A DNA stretch of 64,000 nucleotides. Origin: an uncultured delta proteobacterium (GTDB taxonomy: Bacteria; Desulfobacterota; RBG-13-43-22). A model generated the notes under the pieces. It was not told the origin of the DNA. It did no database searches and saw nothing but the letters and a program-made list of their open reading frames with translations. This document shows, piece after piece, positions 52,100-60,870 of the stretch (the stretch's first letter is position 1; every line of letters starts with the position of its first letter). The stretch lies in assembly GCA_963802945.1 (NCBI GenBank), contig CAWDKY010000029.1, forward strand, positions 211,936 to 275,935, read 5' to 3'. The translations under genes and the position numbers were made by a program.

Positions 52100-54202
52100 C
52101 TAAGACTTATCCAAAATCATGCGGACATCCAGGCCCAGGCAGCCTTCTTTCTCCAGGAATACACGCAGGGGATTGATATCAATCTCGCGAATCTCGGGGA
52201 GATCACACAGCAACTGGGACAACCGCAGCAGAACCTCAGCCACCGCTTCCAGATCGGATGGGTTTGTCCCTCGTGCCCCTTTAAACATGGCTATTCCTCG
52301 AACCTCGTTGATCATCTCCCTGGCCTCCCGGGGGGTTATGGGAGCTACACGTAAAGAGACCTCGCCAAAAATTTCCACAAAAATTCCTCCCAGCCCGACC
52401 AGGACTACCGGGCCGAACTGGTCGTCTTGCCGTCCGCCGATGATGAGTTCTCTTCCGCCGGTGGCCATGGGCTGAATAAGGACGCCTTCAATTTTGGCCT
52501 CGGGGTAGGCTTGGGCAATTCGTTTGAGCATGTCCCGATAGGCATCGGCCACGCCGGCTTCAGTGCGCAGATTCAACTGCACCCCACCGACATCGGATTT
52601 ATGCGAAATGGCTTTGGAGATTATCTTCATGGCTACCGGGAAGCCCAACTGTCTGGCCGCTTTGACGGCCTCCGCTTCATCCGGAACCGGAATGCCCTGG
52701 ATCATAGGAATGCCATATTGGTTCAAGACCTCGCCTGCTTCGTGCAGGAAGAGGTCTCTTTTCTCCTTTTTCGCTTTTTCGAGAAGCGACCTGACCGTCT
52801 CCCTGTTCACCGGGAAAGCGTCCATATTTCGGGGTTCGCGGGCCTGTTCGATTTCGGCATAATACCGGTAGTTCAGCTCCAGGGCCCGGACGGTCTCTAC
52901 GACCTGGGTGAATATCGGAAAGTTCAGATTCCTTTTCAGCCAGGCCACCTCCTGATCTTCCGTGGAAACGTATACGGCCACCGGTTTCTGATATTGTTTG
53001 GAAAGCTCTCTTATTCGGGCCAGAAGCTCCCGGGACTTCGGCCCTTCGACCAGAGGGATTATGGTATGAAGGAAGACAATACCGTCAACCCCGTCTTCAC
53101 TTAAGGTACGTTCGATAATGCGCAGGAAAAAATCCAAGTCAAAGAGGTCTCCGAGGTCCAACGGATTGGTCAGCTTAATCACCGAGGCCCGGAAATGTTT
53201 CTCAATCTCTTCGATGAAGGCTTCGGGGAACTGGGCCAGATTAAAGCCCACAACTTCGCAGGCATCGGCGGCGATCACCGCATGGCCTCCGGAACGGGAG
53301 ATGATGGCCAGGTTTCTGCCGCGCATCGGCGGCAAATGTAAAATTTTAAGGTCATTGCCTAAGGTCGTGCCATCATTTATCCGTATGATTCCGCACTGGC
53401 GAAAGGCGGCTTCGACCACCCGATCATTGCTGGACAGGGAGGCCGTGTGCGAAGCAGCAATCGATTTGCCGAACTGACCGATGTTGGCCTTGGAAGCCAA
53501 GATAGGCTTACGGGACTTGCGGGCCACCTCCATGAGCCTGCGTCCGTTCCGGATGCCTTCCAGATGGAGGTAGATATAATTCGTGGCCGGGTCCTCGATA
53601 AAATATTCGAGGAACTCTTCGGTCTGGATATTAAGCATGTTCCCGGCCGAAACAAATTTACTGAGTCCCAGACCTTCATTCCCCATCAGGTTGAGCACGG
53701 ACATGCCTACCCCTCCGCTTTGAGAGATCATGGAAATGTCCCCTATTTGGACATTAGGATTCAGGGGAGTAAAAGGTGTGCATAGGCCGTTTTCTCTATT
53801 GACTACCCCGATACAATTCGGGCCGACAAAACGGATGCCCCATTTTTCGGCCACCTGGATAATTTTTTCCTCAAACTTCCGCCCCTCCTCCCCGTACTCG
53901 CGAAACCCGGAGCTCTCCACGACAGCCCACCGGATTCCCTTCTGCCCGCATTCATCGAGTACATCGGCGACCGTTCGGGCCGGAGTAAGTATGACGGCCA
54001 GGTCCACCTGATCGGGAATATCCAGAACCGATTTATAGATTCGCCTCCCCGCAAAGACACCTCCCTTCAGCCCGACTTCATAAATGATTCCTTGAAAACC
54101 AAATTCGGTAAGATTATAAATGATTCCGAGTCCCAAATTGTCCGCGGAAAGGGAAACACCGATCACCGCGACGCTGTCAGGGTAAAAAATATGGTGCATC
54201 AT
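52100..54202 (-). CDS. Acyl-CoA synthetase (ADP-forming), alpha-beta fusion
   Basis: IFYPDSVAVIG, GPNCIG, SQSGG, ASHTASL, NPLDL, HKSDVGGV, EIDINPL; first ~60 codons of the track ORF belong to a dinD fragment. Confidence 0.9.
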   Translation of the reverse strand: MMHHIFYPDSVAVIGVSLSADNLGLGIIYNLTEFGFQGIIYEVGLKGGVFAGRRIYKSVLDIPDQVDLAVILTPARTVADVLDECGQKGIRWAVVESSGFREYGEEGRKFEEKIIQVAEKWGIRFVGPNCIGVVNRENGLCTPFTPLNPNVQIGDISMISQSGGVGMSVLNLMGNEGLGLSKFVSAGNMLNIQTEEFLEYFIEDPATNYIYLHLEGIRNGRRLMEVARKSRKPILASKANIGQFGKSIAASHTASLSSNDRVVEAAFRQCGIIRINDGTTLGNDLKILHLPPMRGRNLAIISRSGGHAVIAADACEVVGFNLAQFPEAFIEEIEKHFRASVIKLTNPLDLGDLFDLDFFLRIIERTLSEDGVDGIVFLHTIIPLVEGPKSRELLARIRELSKQYQKPVAVYVSTEDQEVAWLKRNLNFPIFTQVVETVRALELNYRYYAEIEQAREPRNMDAFPVNRETVRSLLEKAKKEKRDLFLHEAGEVLNQYGIPMIQGIPVPDEAEAVKAARQLGFPVAMKIISKAISHKSDVGGVQLNLRTEAGVADAYRDMLKRIAQAYPEAKIEGVLIQPMATGGRELIIGGRQDDQFGPVVLVGLGGIFVEIFGEVSLRVAPITPREAREMINEVRGIAMFKGARGTNPSDLEAVAEVLLRLSQLLCDLPEIREIDINPLRVFLEKEGCLGLDVRMILDKS

Positions 54203-54261
54203 TTCCCCCATTGATGTGATTCGATTCTTATTAAGATCTGCTTTTTTTTGAAAGAAAGTTT

Positions 54262-54533
54262 TTACACTTTTGATGGGACGCTGTGCTCCACTGCCGATAA
54301 GGACCATTTCGGTGACCTCAACGAAATGGTCTTCGATGCGGTGGCCGCTATTGAAACAGGCCAATCTGGCTTTACCGAGCACGGCCTCAAAATTTCGATA
54401 ATCGCTGTACCCCAGTGCTATGGCAAAGTCTCGGCTGGACCACTATTCTACGCCGGCTGAATTTATGCGCCGGATGCGTTCAATAGGGAGAGAGGTCCCC
54501 GGCTACCAGGATGGTTTCTCTTCCTTGGTTCAT
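54262..54533 (-). pseudogene. dinD: N-terminal fragment of DNA-damage-inducible protein D
   Basis: IERIRRINSAGVE*WSSRDFAIALGYSDYRNFEAVLGKARLACFNSGHRIEDHFVEVTEMVLIGSGAQR; GGAGGTGA SD, frameshift, in-frame TAG, truncation. Confidence 0.8.
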
Positions 54534-54586
54534 ATTTCACCTCCACTTCAAGACACTCATTTCCCCTACGTTCCATTCAACAGCCT

Positions 54587-54945
54587 TCATCTCTTCTTGA
54601 TCCCCATGATTTTACGGGCTTCATCCGGGGTGGCCGGTGTTCGGCCGAGGCATTCGGCTATCCTGACCGCAACTTCCACCAGTTCATAATTACCCTTAGC
54701 CGGTTCACCATTCGGCATCCGGATATTGTCTTCGAGACCAACCCTCATATGACCACCAAGCAGGCAGGATTGGGTGACGCTGGGGAACTGTTCGAGACCA
54801 ACGCCACAAGTCGTAAAGACGGCTTCTTTAGGCAGAGCGTGTACCATGGTGACAAAGGCACCGGCCCTGAAGGCTGCCCCGCCGGCCAACCCCAAACAAA
54901 ATTAAAGATCATCGGGTCGGAGAAAAAACCCTGTTTGGAATCTAA
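54587..54945 (-). pseudogene. C-terminal fragment of a 3-keto-5-aminohexanoate cleavage (BKACE/DUF849) protein
   Basis: GGHMRVGLEDN...N.ELV...GRTPATPDEARK; N-terminal two thirds absent; in-frame TAA upstream. Confidence 0.82.
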
Positions 54946-55019
54946 AAATTTAAAACCATGGCCTCAGGTTTGTGGTAAGCGATGAACCTGAAATCGTTTT
55001 GATCCTCTTCCCCACACTC

Positions 55020-55793
55020 TTATTGCCAACCGCTTCTGGCGCCCGGTCTTTTGGCCGGCACGGGTCCGACAGGCCAACGAAATCCTAATTCCATGGCCGT
55101 ATTGACATCCTCGGCGGTGGCGATACCCTCTTCGATGATCTTCATGGCCTCCCTTCTGGCCGCTCCCCAGACCCGGTTGCCTATAAAACCCGTATCACCG
55201 GGGACATCCTTGACGCGAACGGGCGTTTTTCCCCAGCTTTTACTCAGGTCCTCTAAGAGCACGATCACATCTTCAGTCACTTCCTTGGTGTAGATCACCT
55301 CAACCAATTTCATGATATTGGCAGGGCTGAAGAAGTGCATACCGATAAATCGGTCTTTGCGATTGGTCACCGCGGCCAGGTCGGCAATCGTGTATTTTGA
55401 GGTATTGCTGGCAATAACAGCCTCTTTTTTCAAAATCGCATCCAGTTCCTTGAAAACCCTGAATTTCATATCCTTGTTTTCAATGGCCCCGTCAGCACCT
55501 CCTCCGATGGCCTCGATAATCAGGTCACAATCTTTCAGGTCCTCTATCTTGGTGGTGAAATTGAGAAGCGAGAGGGCCTTGTCCATTTCTTCCTGTGTGG
55601 TTTTTCCTTTTTCCACGGCGCCTTTAATGCCAAATCTTCCGTTGATAATATTGTTTTTTGCTTTCTCACAAATCTCATCCGTAAGATCGCGTACCATCAC
55701 CTTATAACCAGCCAGAATGGCCGACTGTGCGATCCCTCCGCCCATGACTCCTGCGCCCACGATGCCGATACATTTAATATCTCCCAGTTTCAT
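55020..55793 (-). CDS. 3-hydroxyacyl-CoA dehydrogenase family protein
   Basis: GAGVMGGGIA, IIEAI, ASNTS, GMHFFSPA, GFIGNR. Confidence 0.9.
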   Translation of the reverse strand: MKLGDIKCIGIVGAGVMGGGIAQSAILAGYKVMVRDLTDEICEKAKNNIINGRFGIKGAVEKGKTTQEEMDKALSLLNFTTKIEDLKDCDLIIEAIGGGADGAIENKDMKFRVFKELDAILKKEAVIASNTSKYTIADLAAVTNRKDRFIGMHFFSPANIMKLVEVIYTKEVTEDVIVLLEDLSKSWGKTPVRVKDVPGDTGFIGNRVWGAARREAMKIIEEGIATAEDVNTAMELGFRWPVGPVPAKRPGARSGWQ

Positions 55794-55984
55794 CGGTTAC
55801 TCCTCCTTTTCATGGTTTAATCATTAATAGGTTTATTGACCCTTGTCCCATCTAACGGGCTCGGAATTGAACCCTGATAATTGAGCAGATAATATAATTG
55901 TAAATATCACCCTAGTAGTCAAGTCCAAAATGAATCTTGAATAAAATTTAAAGGAAGCAGCCCCAGCCGATTTCCATTGCTTTT

Positions 55985-56191
55985 GTTGGAAAGAAGATAA
56001 GGAAAGGGAAAGACACGGTCAAGGAGAAAAGCAGGGCGAAAAGGAAGGGGACAAAGGGCGTCTTCTTCTCCATTCAGGCATGAACAAAAGGCCTTCTTTG
56101 GGCCGTTGGTTGCTTAGAACATCGGTATTATGCCCCGGAATACCACAAACCCAGAGCTTATCTCATTGTCCAGTTTTTGGGGATCACCTCA
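55985..56191 (-). repeat. Promoter-carrying repeat, copy 2, with an IS3-like terminus
   Basis: Minus strand starts TGAGGTGATCCCCAAAAACTGGACA; TTGACC-17-TATCTT at 56022-55994. Confidence 0.8.
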
Positions 56192-56220
56192 GTTCCCACT
56201 CACTTTTAATTAAGCCTATG

Positions 56221-56628
56221 TTAGTCTTCGAGAAGACTTAGGTAGAGCTTCGCGACTCCTTTCCTGACGAAGCCGAGTTGCTTGGCCATTGAATAGGAGA
56301 CATCCAAATCCCGGCCTTTGCGAAAGGGTCCCCGGTCATTGACAACCCCTACGGCGGACTTTTTTTCATCGAGGGTGGCAAGCCGGACCTTAGTCCCGAA
56401 GGGCAATGTTCTGTGGGCCAGGGTGTTTTTAAACATGTTGAACCTCTGTCTATTGGCCGTCAGCTTGTTGTGATGTCTTGATCCATACCAGCCGGCAATC
56501 ACCTTCACTTTTTGAATAGTTTCTGCCGACTGACAGTCGAGCGACAGCACGGCCATACTGATGGCGAGAAGGCCAAGGAAAAGTGCCGTCCGGTAGGCTG
56601 TTTTTTTCAAAAAATGGTTTACGGCCAT
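56221..56628 (-). CDS. rlpA: RlpA-family septal lytic transglycosylase (DPBB domain)
   Basis: AGWYG, LTAN, AHRTLPFGT, VNDRGPF, DVSYSMA. Confidence 0.88.
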   Translation of the reverse strand: MAVNHFLKKTAYRTALFLGLLAISMAVLSLDCQSAETIQKVKVIAGWYGSRHHNKLTANRQRFNMFKNTLAHRTLPFGTKVRLATLDEKKSAVGVVNDRGPFRKGRDLDVSYSMAKQLGFVRKGVAKLYLSLLED

Positions 56629-56942
56629 GGTTCACCTTTCTGGGCCTAAACTTCATAGACCGATGGATAGGCTCAAATATGAATCACGTTGACCAAAGGC
56701 GGTTCTTCTCTGTGGTATTGAAAAGGGACGAAAAGCAGCCCCATAAAAATATAAAGTAGGATTTAACTGCTTGCGAACTTACTAAAGATTTACTTTTTGA
56801 ATTCTTTTATTTTAGGAAAATTTTGATTTTGTGGTTTTGGATATATCAGAAAATTTTTCTCATGTCAACCCTCGAAAATAATATTTGGCAATAATTTACT
56901 TTGGCCCTTTTTTCTTTATTATAAACTGCCAGTTATGTTCTA

Positions 56943-57446
56943 TTACCTATTACCTATGAGCTTTGAGCTATCATCTAGAAGTTTATCCCACTCCAGGGTT
57001 GCAAAGGCATCATGCAGAAAATGATCGTCTTCTACCGCGTTGAATTGGTGATTTATGAAAAGCCTCTCGGCGATAGCCTGGACCGTTGCCAGGGGCACCA
57101 CATGGTCCTGCCAGCCGTGAAATATGGTGATGGGCATATACAACTTCTTTTGTAGGTAAGGTTGATAGGGCTCTAAGTGCAGGGCCGGCGCGAGAAGGAT
57201 GAGTTTTTTTATCCGTTCTTCGTGCCGACAGGCATACACGGCGGCCATCAGCCCTCCGAAGCTGGAGCCGACCAGGATCAGATGGTTCTTCCTGGCGAGA
57301 AGCCCCTCGAGCTTCTCCATCCGCTGAGAAAATGAACCGAAAAAATCCTCGATGATCATGTCGGGATATCGTTCACGGAAAAATACACCCTTGGTTCCCT
57401 GGCTCGTGCTTTCCAATCCGTGAATGAACACGCGTGTCGGTTTCAT
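56943..57446 (-). CDS. Small alpha/beta hydrolase (YqiA-like)
   Basis: FIHGLES, GSSFGG, LLAPAL, HGWQD.VVP, DDH. Confidence 0.85.
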   Translation of the reverse strand: MKPTRVFIHGLESTSQGTKGVFFRERYPDMIIEDFFGSFSQRMEKLEGLLARKNHLILVGSSFGGLMAAVYACRHEERIKKLILLAPALHLEPYQPYLQKKLYMPITIFHGWQDHVVPLATVQAIAERLFINHQFNAVEDDHFLHDAFATLEWDKLLDDSSKLIGNR

Positions 57447-57607
57447 TCTTTTGGTCCCGTAAAAATTTAAGGGCATATGAGCTTATATGTTGTTGGGGTC
57501 AAATTGTAATGGTTATCTGGTACTGTACAAGATTCAAGACCTGGCTCTGATCCACGCCTTGGCCACAATCCCGGCAAAAGCAGCATTTCTTGCGGCTAGT
57601 CACGAGT

Positions 57608-58789
57608 TCATGGTTTTGGCGCATGGCCGAAATACATGAGTTCCCACACAGCCCTTTTCTCCTCTACCGTCTCGACTATCCTGTCATTGTCGAAACGTTC
57701 CACGGTTGTTTTACCCGTGAAGCGCAGGTAGGCACCGTCGAAGTTTGCCAGTTTTGCCAGCAGGTATTTGAATCCATGGAGGTTGTCGATAAACCTGGAA
57801 CGTACTAGGTCCCGCTCCCGCTGGAAGGTGATGCGGTAATGATTCAGGCCGTCATCATAATCATAAACGATAACACCAGCCACCGGTTTACTTGTCTGGG
57901 GGTCGGTATAGATGCTGTGGGCTGAGAATCTTACTTTGGTGATGTCGTCAGCGATGATCTGGCCGTCTCGGGCAAGCATGAAGACAGGCATGGGAGTATT
58001 ACCGTACTTGTCCGCAGTTATCATATAACTGGCGATCACGGAGTAGTTGCCAATCTGTGCACGGCCCCAGTACCAGTTGTGCAACAGTTTCAGCAGGGAA
58101 AAGTCTCCCCAGTTGTGGTCATGATACCCGACTCCGGTCACCTGCCGGCTTTGTCCTTCTATGGTAAGAGTGCCTTCAACTTTGCCTTGGGGCACTGAGG
58201 GCAGCCAGGCAAAGTAATGTTCCTTTTTATTCTTAAAGAAAGCATAGCCTGTTGCCGGGCGCCAGGGAGGCACTGTTCCGTGCAACTTGATATCGGCCTG
58301 TACCCCATCTACGTCCACATGGAGGGTATAGTCATGCAAATCACCCTTAAAGGTGTTCGCACCGATTCGGATCTCGCAATGATCCTTGGCTGCCGAGAAG
58401 TCACTGGCCTTGACCCCAAATTCCCTATGCAGGGAAATCCCATCAGGCCTGGTGTACTCAATCGTAAGCTTCGGTTCGAGTGGCCTGTCCGGGCGGATAC
58501 TGTCCTTGGTATAGAAAACCACAACGAGAGTAGAGCCATCCTTAAGGGTAGAATCAAAGTACCACCATTCGTAGCTGCCTTTGCCGCCGGTGGTCCTCAT
58601 TCCGTCTTCCCACGGCTCGACTTTTGATCGGGAAAGCCCGATCTTCTGGTAGTAATCGTCGCTCTGGGTTACGACAGCGGGAACTTCCTTCGTCGATGCC
58701 TGGTTTGTCGTGCTGTTTATCGCGCAACCTGCGTTTAGAGCGATAGTCAGCAGGATCACTGCGAAGGTCATAAGACGGTTTTTTGGCAT
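57608..58789 (-). CDS. Lipoprotein with CrtC/AttH-like double beta-barrel (hydroxyneurosporene synthase/tocopherol cyclase-like)
   Basis: LNAGC lipobox; WEDGMRT, YEWWYFD, GVGYHDHNWG, WYWGR. Confidence 0.78.
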   Translation of the reverse strand: MPKNRLMTFAVILLTIALNAGCAINSTTNQASTKEVPAVVTQSDDYYQKIGLSRSKVEPWEDGMRTTGGKGSYEWWYFDSTLKDGSTLVVVFYTKDSIRPDRPLEPKLTIEYTRPDGISLHREFGVKASDFSAAKDHCEIRIGANTFKGDLHDYTLHVDVDGVQADIKLHGTVPPWRPATGYAFFKNKKEHYFAWLPSVPQGKVEGTLTIEGQSRQVTGVGYHDHNWGDFSLLKLLHNWYWGRAQIGNYSVIASYMITADKYGNTPMPVFMLARDGQIIADDITKVRFSAHSIYTDPQTSKPVAGVIVYDYDDGLNHYRITFQRERDLVRSRFIDNLHGFKYLLAKLANFDGAYLRFTGKTTVERFDNDRIVETVEEKRAVWELMYFGHAPKP

Positions 58790-58924
58790 AGTCTTCAATC
58801 TCCTGAGGTGATGCCCAAGAGGCATTCCTTTCTGTCCAGAGCCTTTGTCGGATACGGAACAGTAAACCCTCTACTCACTGGTGTCAATTGCTTTAGGACT
58901 GTATTTTTTGATAAGAACTTGGCT

Positions 58925-59272
58925 TTTAACAGTAGGAGTATAAGAGACGAAAAAGACCCGGTCAAGAAGATAAATGGGGCCAAAGGCAAGCGGAAGGAGG
59001 GAATTTTTCGCAGAATAAGGGACTTGGGACTTTGCAGGTCAGGGATTTTTAAATAGAAGTTGATAAAGGGAAAAGGACTGACAGATCCTTCTTGCTCGTG
59101 GACTTCACCTACAAATGTTTTAAGAAGATAGACCAGAAAATTAACGATTACGGATTGAAATATGGGAGAAATGGTTGGACTACCCCAGCCTTGAACTTGA
59201 GGTGTCATCGGTCCTTTTTTTGGGGCTAACTCAGAACTTATCACATGGTCCAATTTTTTGGGGACCACCTCA
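58925..59272 (-). repeat. Promoter-carrying repeat, copy 3, with an IS3-like terminus
   Basis: Minus strand starts TGAGGTGGTCCCCAAAAAATTGGACC; TTGACC-17-TATACT at 58965-58937. Confidence 0.72.
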
Positions 59273-59345
59273 ACTTTTTGTGGGGCCCAATCGATCAATC
59301 ATTTTCATCCATTCAGCTACTTACTTTTCCTCCTCGATTAAGGGA

Positions 59346-60488
59346 TTATTTTGCAGGTTCCTTCAGATACGGTATCAGGTTGTCCTGAAAACACCATTGC
59401 AGCATTCTCGGCAGCCGTGTGTGATCATTGTTTTTCCTGATAATCTCTGTGAAATCCACACCGTTATACGTATTCCAGAACAGAACAGGGGCGCTGCTCA
59501 CTTCCGGGTGCCTTTTTATGAAATCGAGCATGGCCGCCATCGTTTTAGCCGTATAAGTGAGGTCCAACTTGATGCCTTCGGTCTGCCCCACCAAGCCCAG
59601 CGCCTCCTCCCCTTCCCGGGTGATGGCCCCGTATTCCGCTCCAAAAAAATCATGGGTTACCAGTATGTCATCCATCGTGAATTTGAGCGGGACCACGTTC
59701 TTGTCATACTTCCTCATTAGGGACACCATGCGATTAGCCAAGCGTACGGTTTTATGCGGATCTGTGACCCATTCCATAGCCACGCGCACTCCGACCATCT
59801 TGGTTTTCATACCCGACAACCTCGTACCCAGCATAAGTCCGGCCAACGTTCCCTTGGAACCAAGGGCGCAAAAGATATATTCCGGCTCGGGCAGCATTCC
59901 ATCGTCTATTTGCTTCTTTAGTTCAAGCGCGGCATTGACATAACCGAGGCTTCCTAACGTCGATGAGCCTCCGGGTGGTATGAAATACACCTTCCCATGC
60001 CTCAAGTAAATACCGGCTGTTTGCAGGCCTCCTTTAATGTTAGTCGGTGCAAAGTGGATCTTTGCCCCGAAATAGTGATCGAGGAGAAGGTTCTCCTGCA
60101 CGTGGTCTGTCAACGGCTGGCGGATGAGCACCAGTGCCGTCTTCAGGCCCAGCCGCCGGGCATGGATGGTGGTGGCCAGTCCGTGATTAGTGCCGATTCC
60201 CCCGTAGGTGATAACCCATTTACTACCTCGACGCAGGGCATCAGCCAGTATGAATTCCAATTTACGTACCTTGTTACCACCATAGATGTCGGACGACCTG
60301 TCGTCGCACTTGATCCAGAGATTGTCGTGACCAATAAATTTTCCCAAATTATCCATTTTGGCAACAGGTGTAGGCAAGGTAGCTAAAGACACCCAGGGTA
60401 CATGTTTTTCAAGCCCACCATACTTTTCAAACAAAGGTAATTTTAGTGTCTTATTTCCGATATTCATCATATGGGGATTATCCTTCAT
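59346..60488 (-). CDS. D-cysteine desulfhydrase / ACC deaminase family PLP enzyme
   Basis: LPTPV, GGNKVRKLEF, TNH, PPGGS, GSKGT, LDLTYTAK. Confidence 0.9.
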   Translation of the reverse strand: MKDNPHMMNIGNKTLKLPLFEKYGGLEKHVPWVSLATLPTPVAKMDNLGKFIGHDNLWIKCDDRSSDIYGGNKVRKLEFILADALRRGSKWVITYGGIGTNHGLATTIHARRLGLKTALVLIRQPLTDHVQENLLLDHYFGAKIHFAPTNIKGGLQTAGIYLRHGKVYFIPPGGSSTLGSLGYVNAALELKKQIDDGMLPEPEYIFCALGSKGTLAGLMLGTRLSGMKTKMVGVRVAMEWVTDPHKTVRLANRMVSLMRKYDKNVVPLKFTMDDILVTHDFFGAEYGAITREGEEALGLVGQTEGIKLDLTYTAKTMAAMLDFIKRHPEVSSAPVLFWNTYNGVDFTEIIRKNNDHTRLPRMLQWCFQDNLIPYLKEPAK

Positions 60489-60870
60489 CCATATTTAATG
60501 GTGATCCTACTGGGTATCATACTGTAAGCTTCTCTTAGGCATCGGTCAATTTAGTAGGGTTGGCTACCGGCGATGCTGAAAGAGTGGTTACCTTACTGAT
60601 CTGGCCTTGGTATGGGTCATATTATACATATTTTTTGGGATTAGCAAATAATGGGATTTATGCTTCAAATGGGATCATTCTTTTGAATGTGTTTTCCCTA
60701 AATTACCCTTTGAACTGTTCCATTTTTTGGTTTATAGGATACTGCCAAGTACAAAGAAGAATTGTATGAAAAGCGGGGATTCTATTTCAAATAAATTCTA
60801 TTCTGGCTAAGAAATAGTAAAGGATCTCCCGATTAATATCGCATAATTGATAGAAAAATTTGGCCAATAA

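Noticed and set aside
56630-56900. Possible c-di-AMP riboswitch upstream of rlpA
   Set aside because: The conserved GCTGAATC, GGGGTGAATC and CCGTCAGCTAAC blocks were not found
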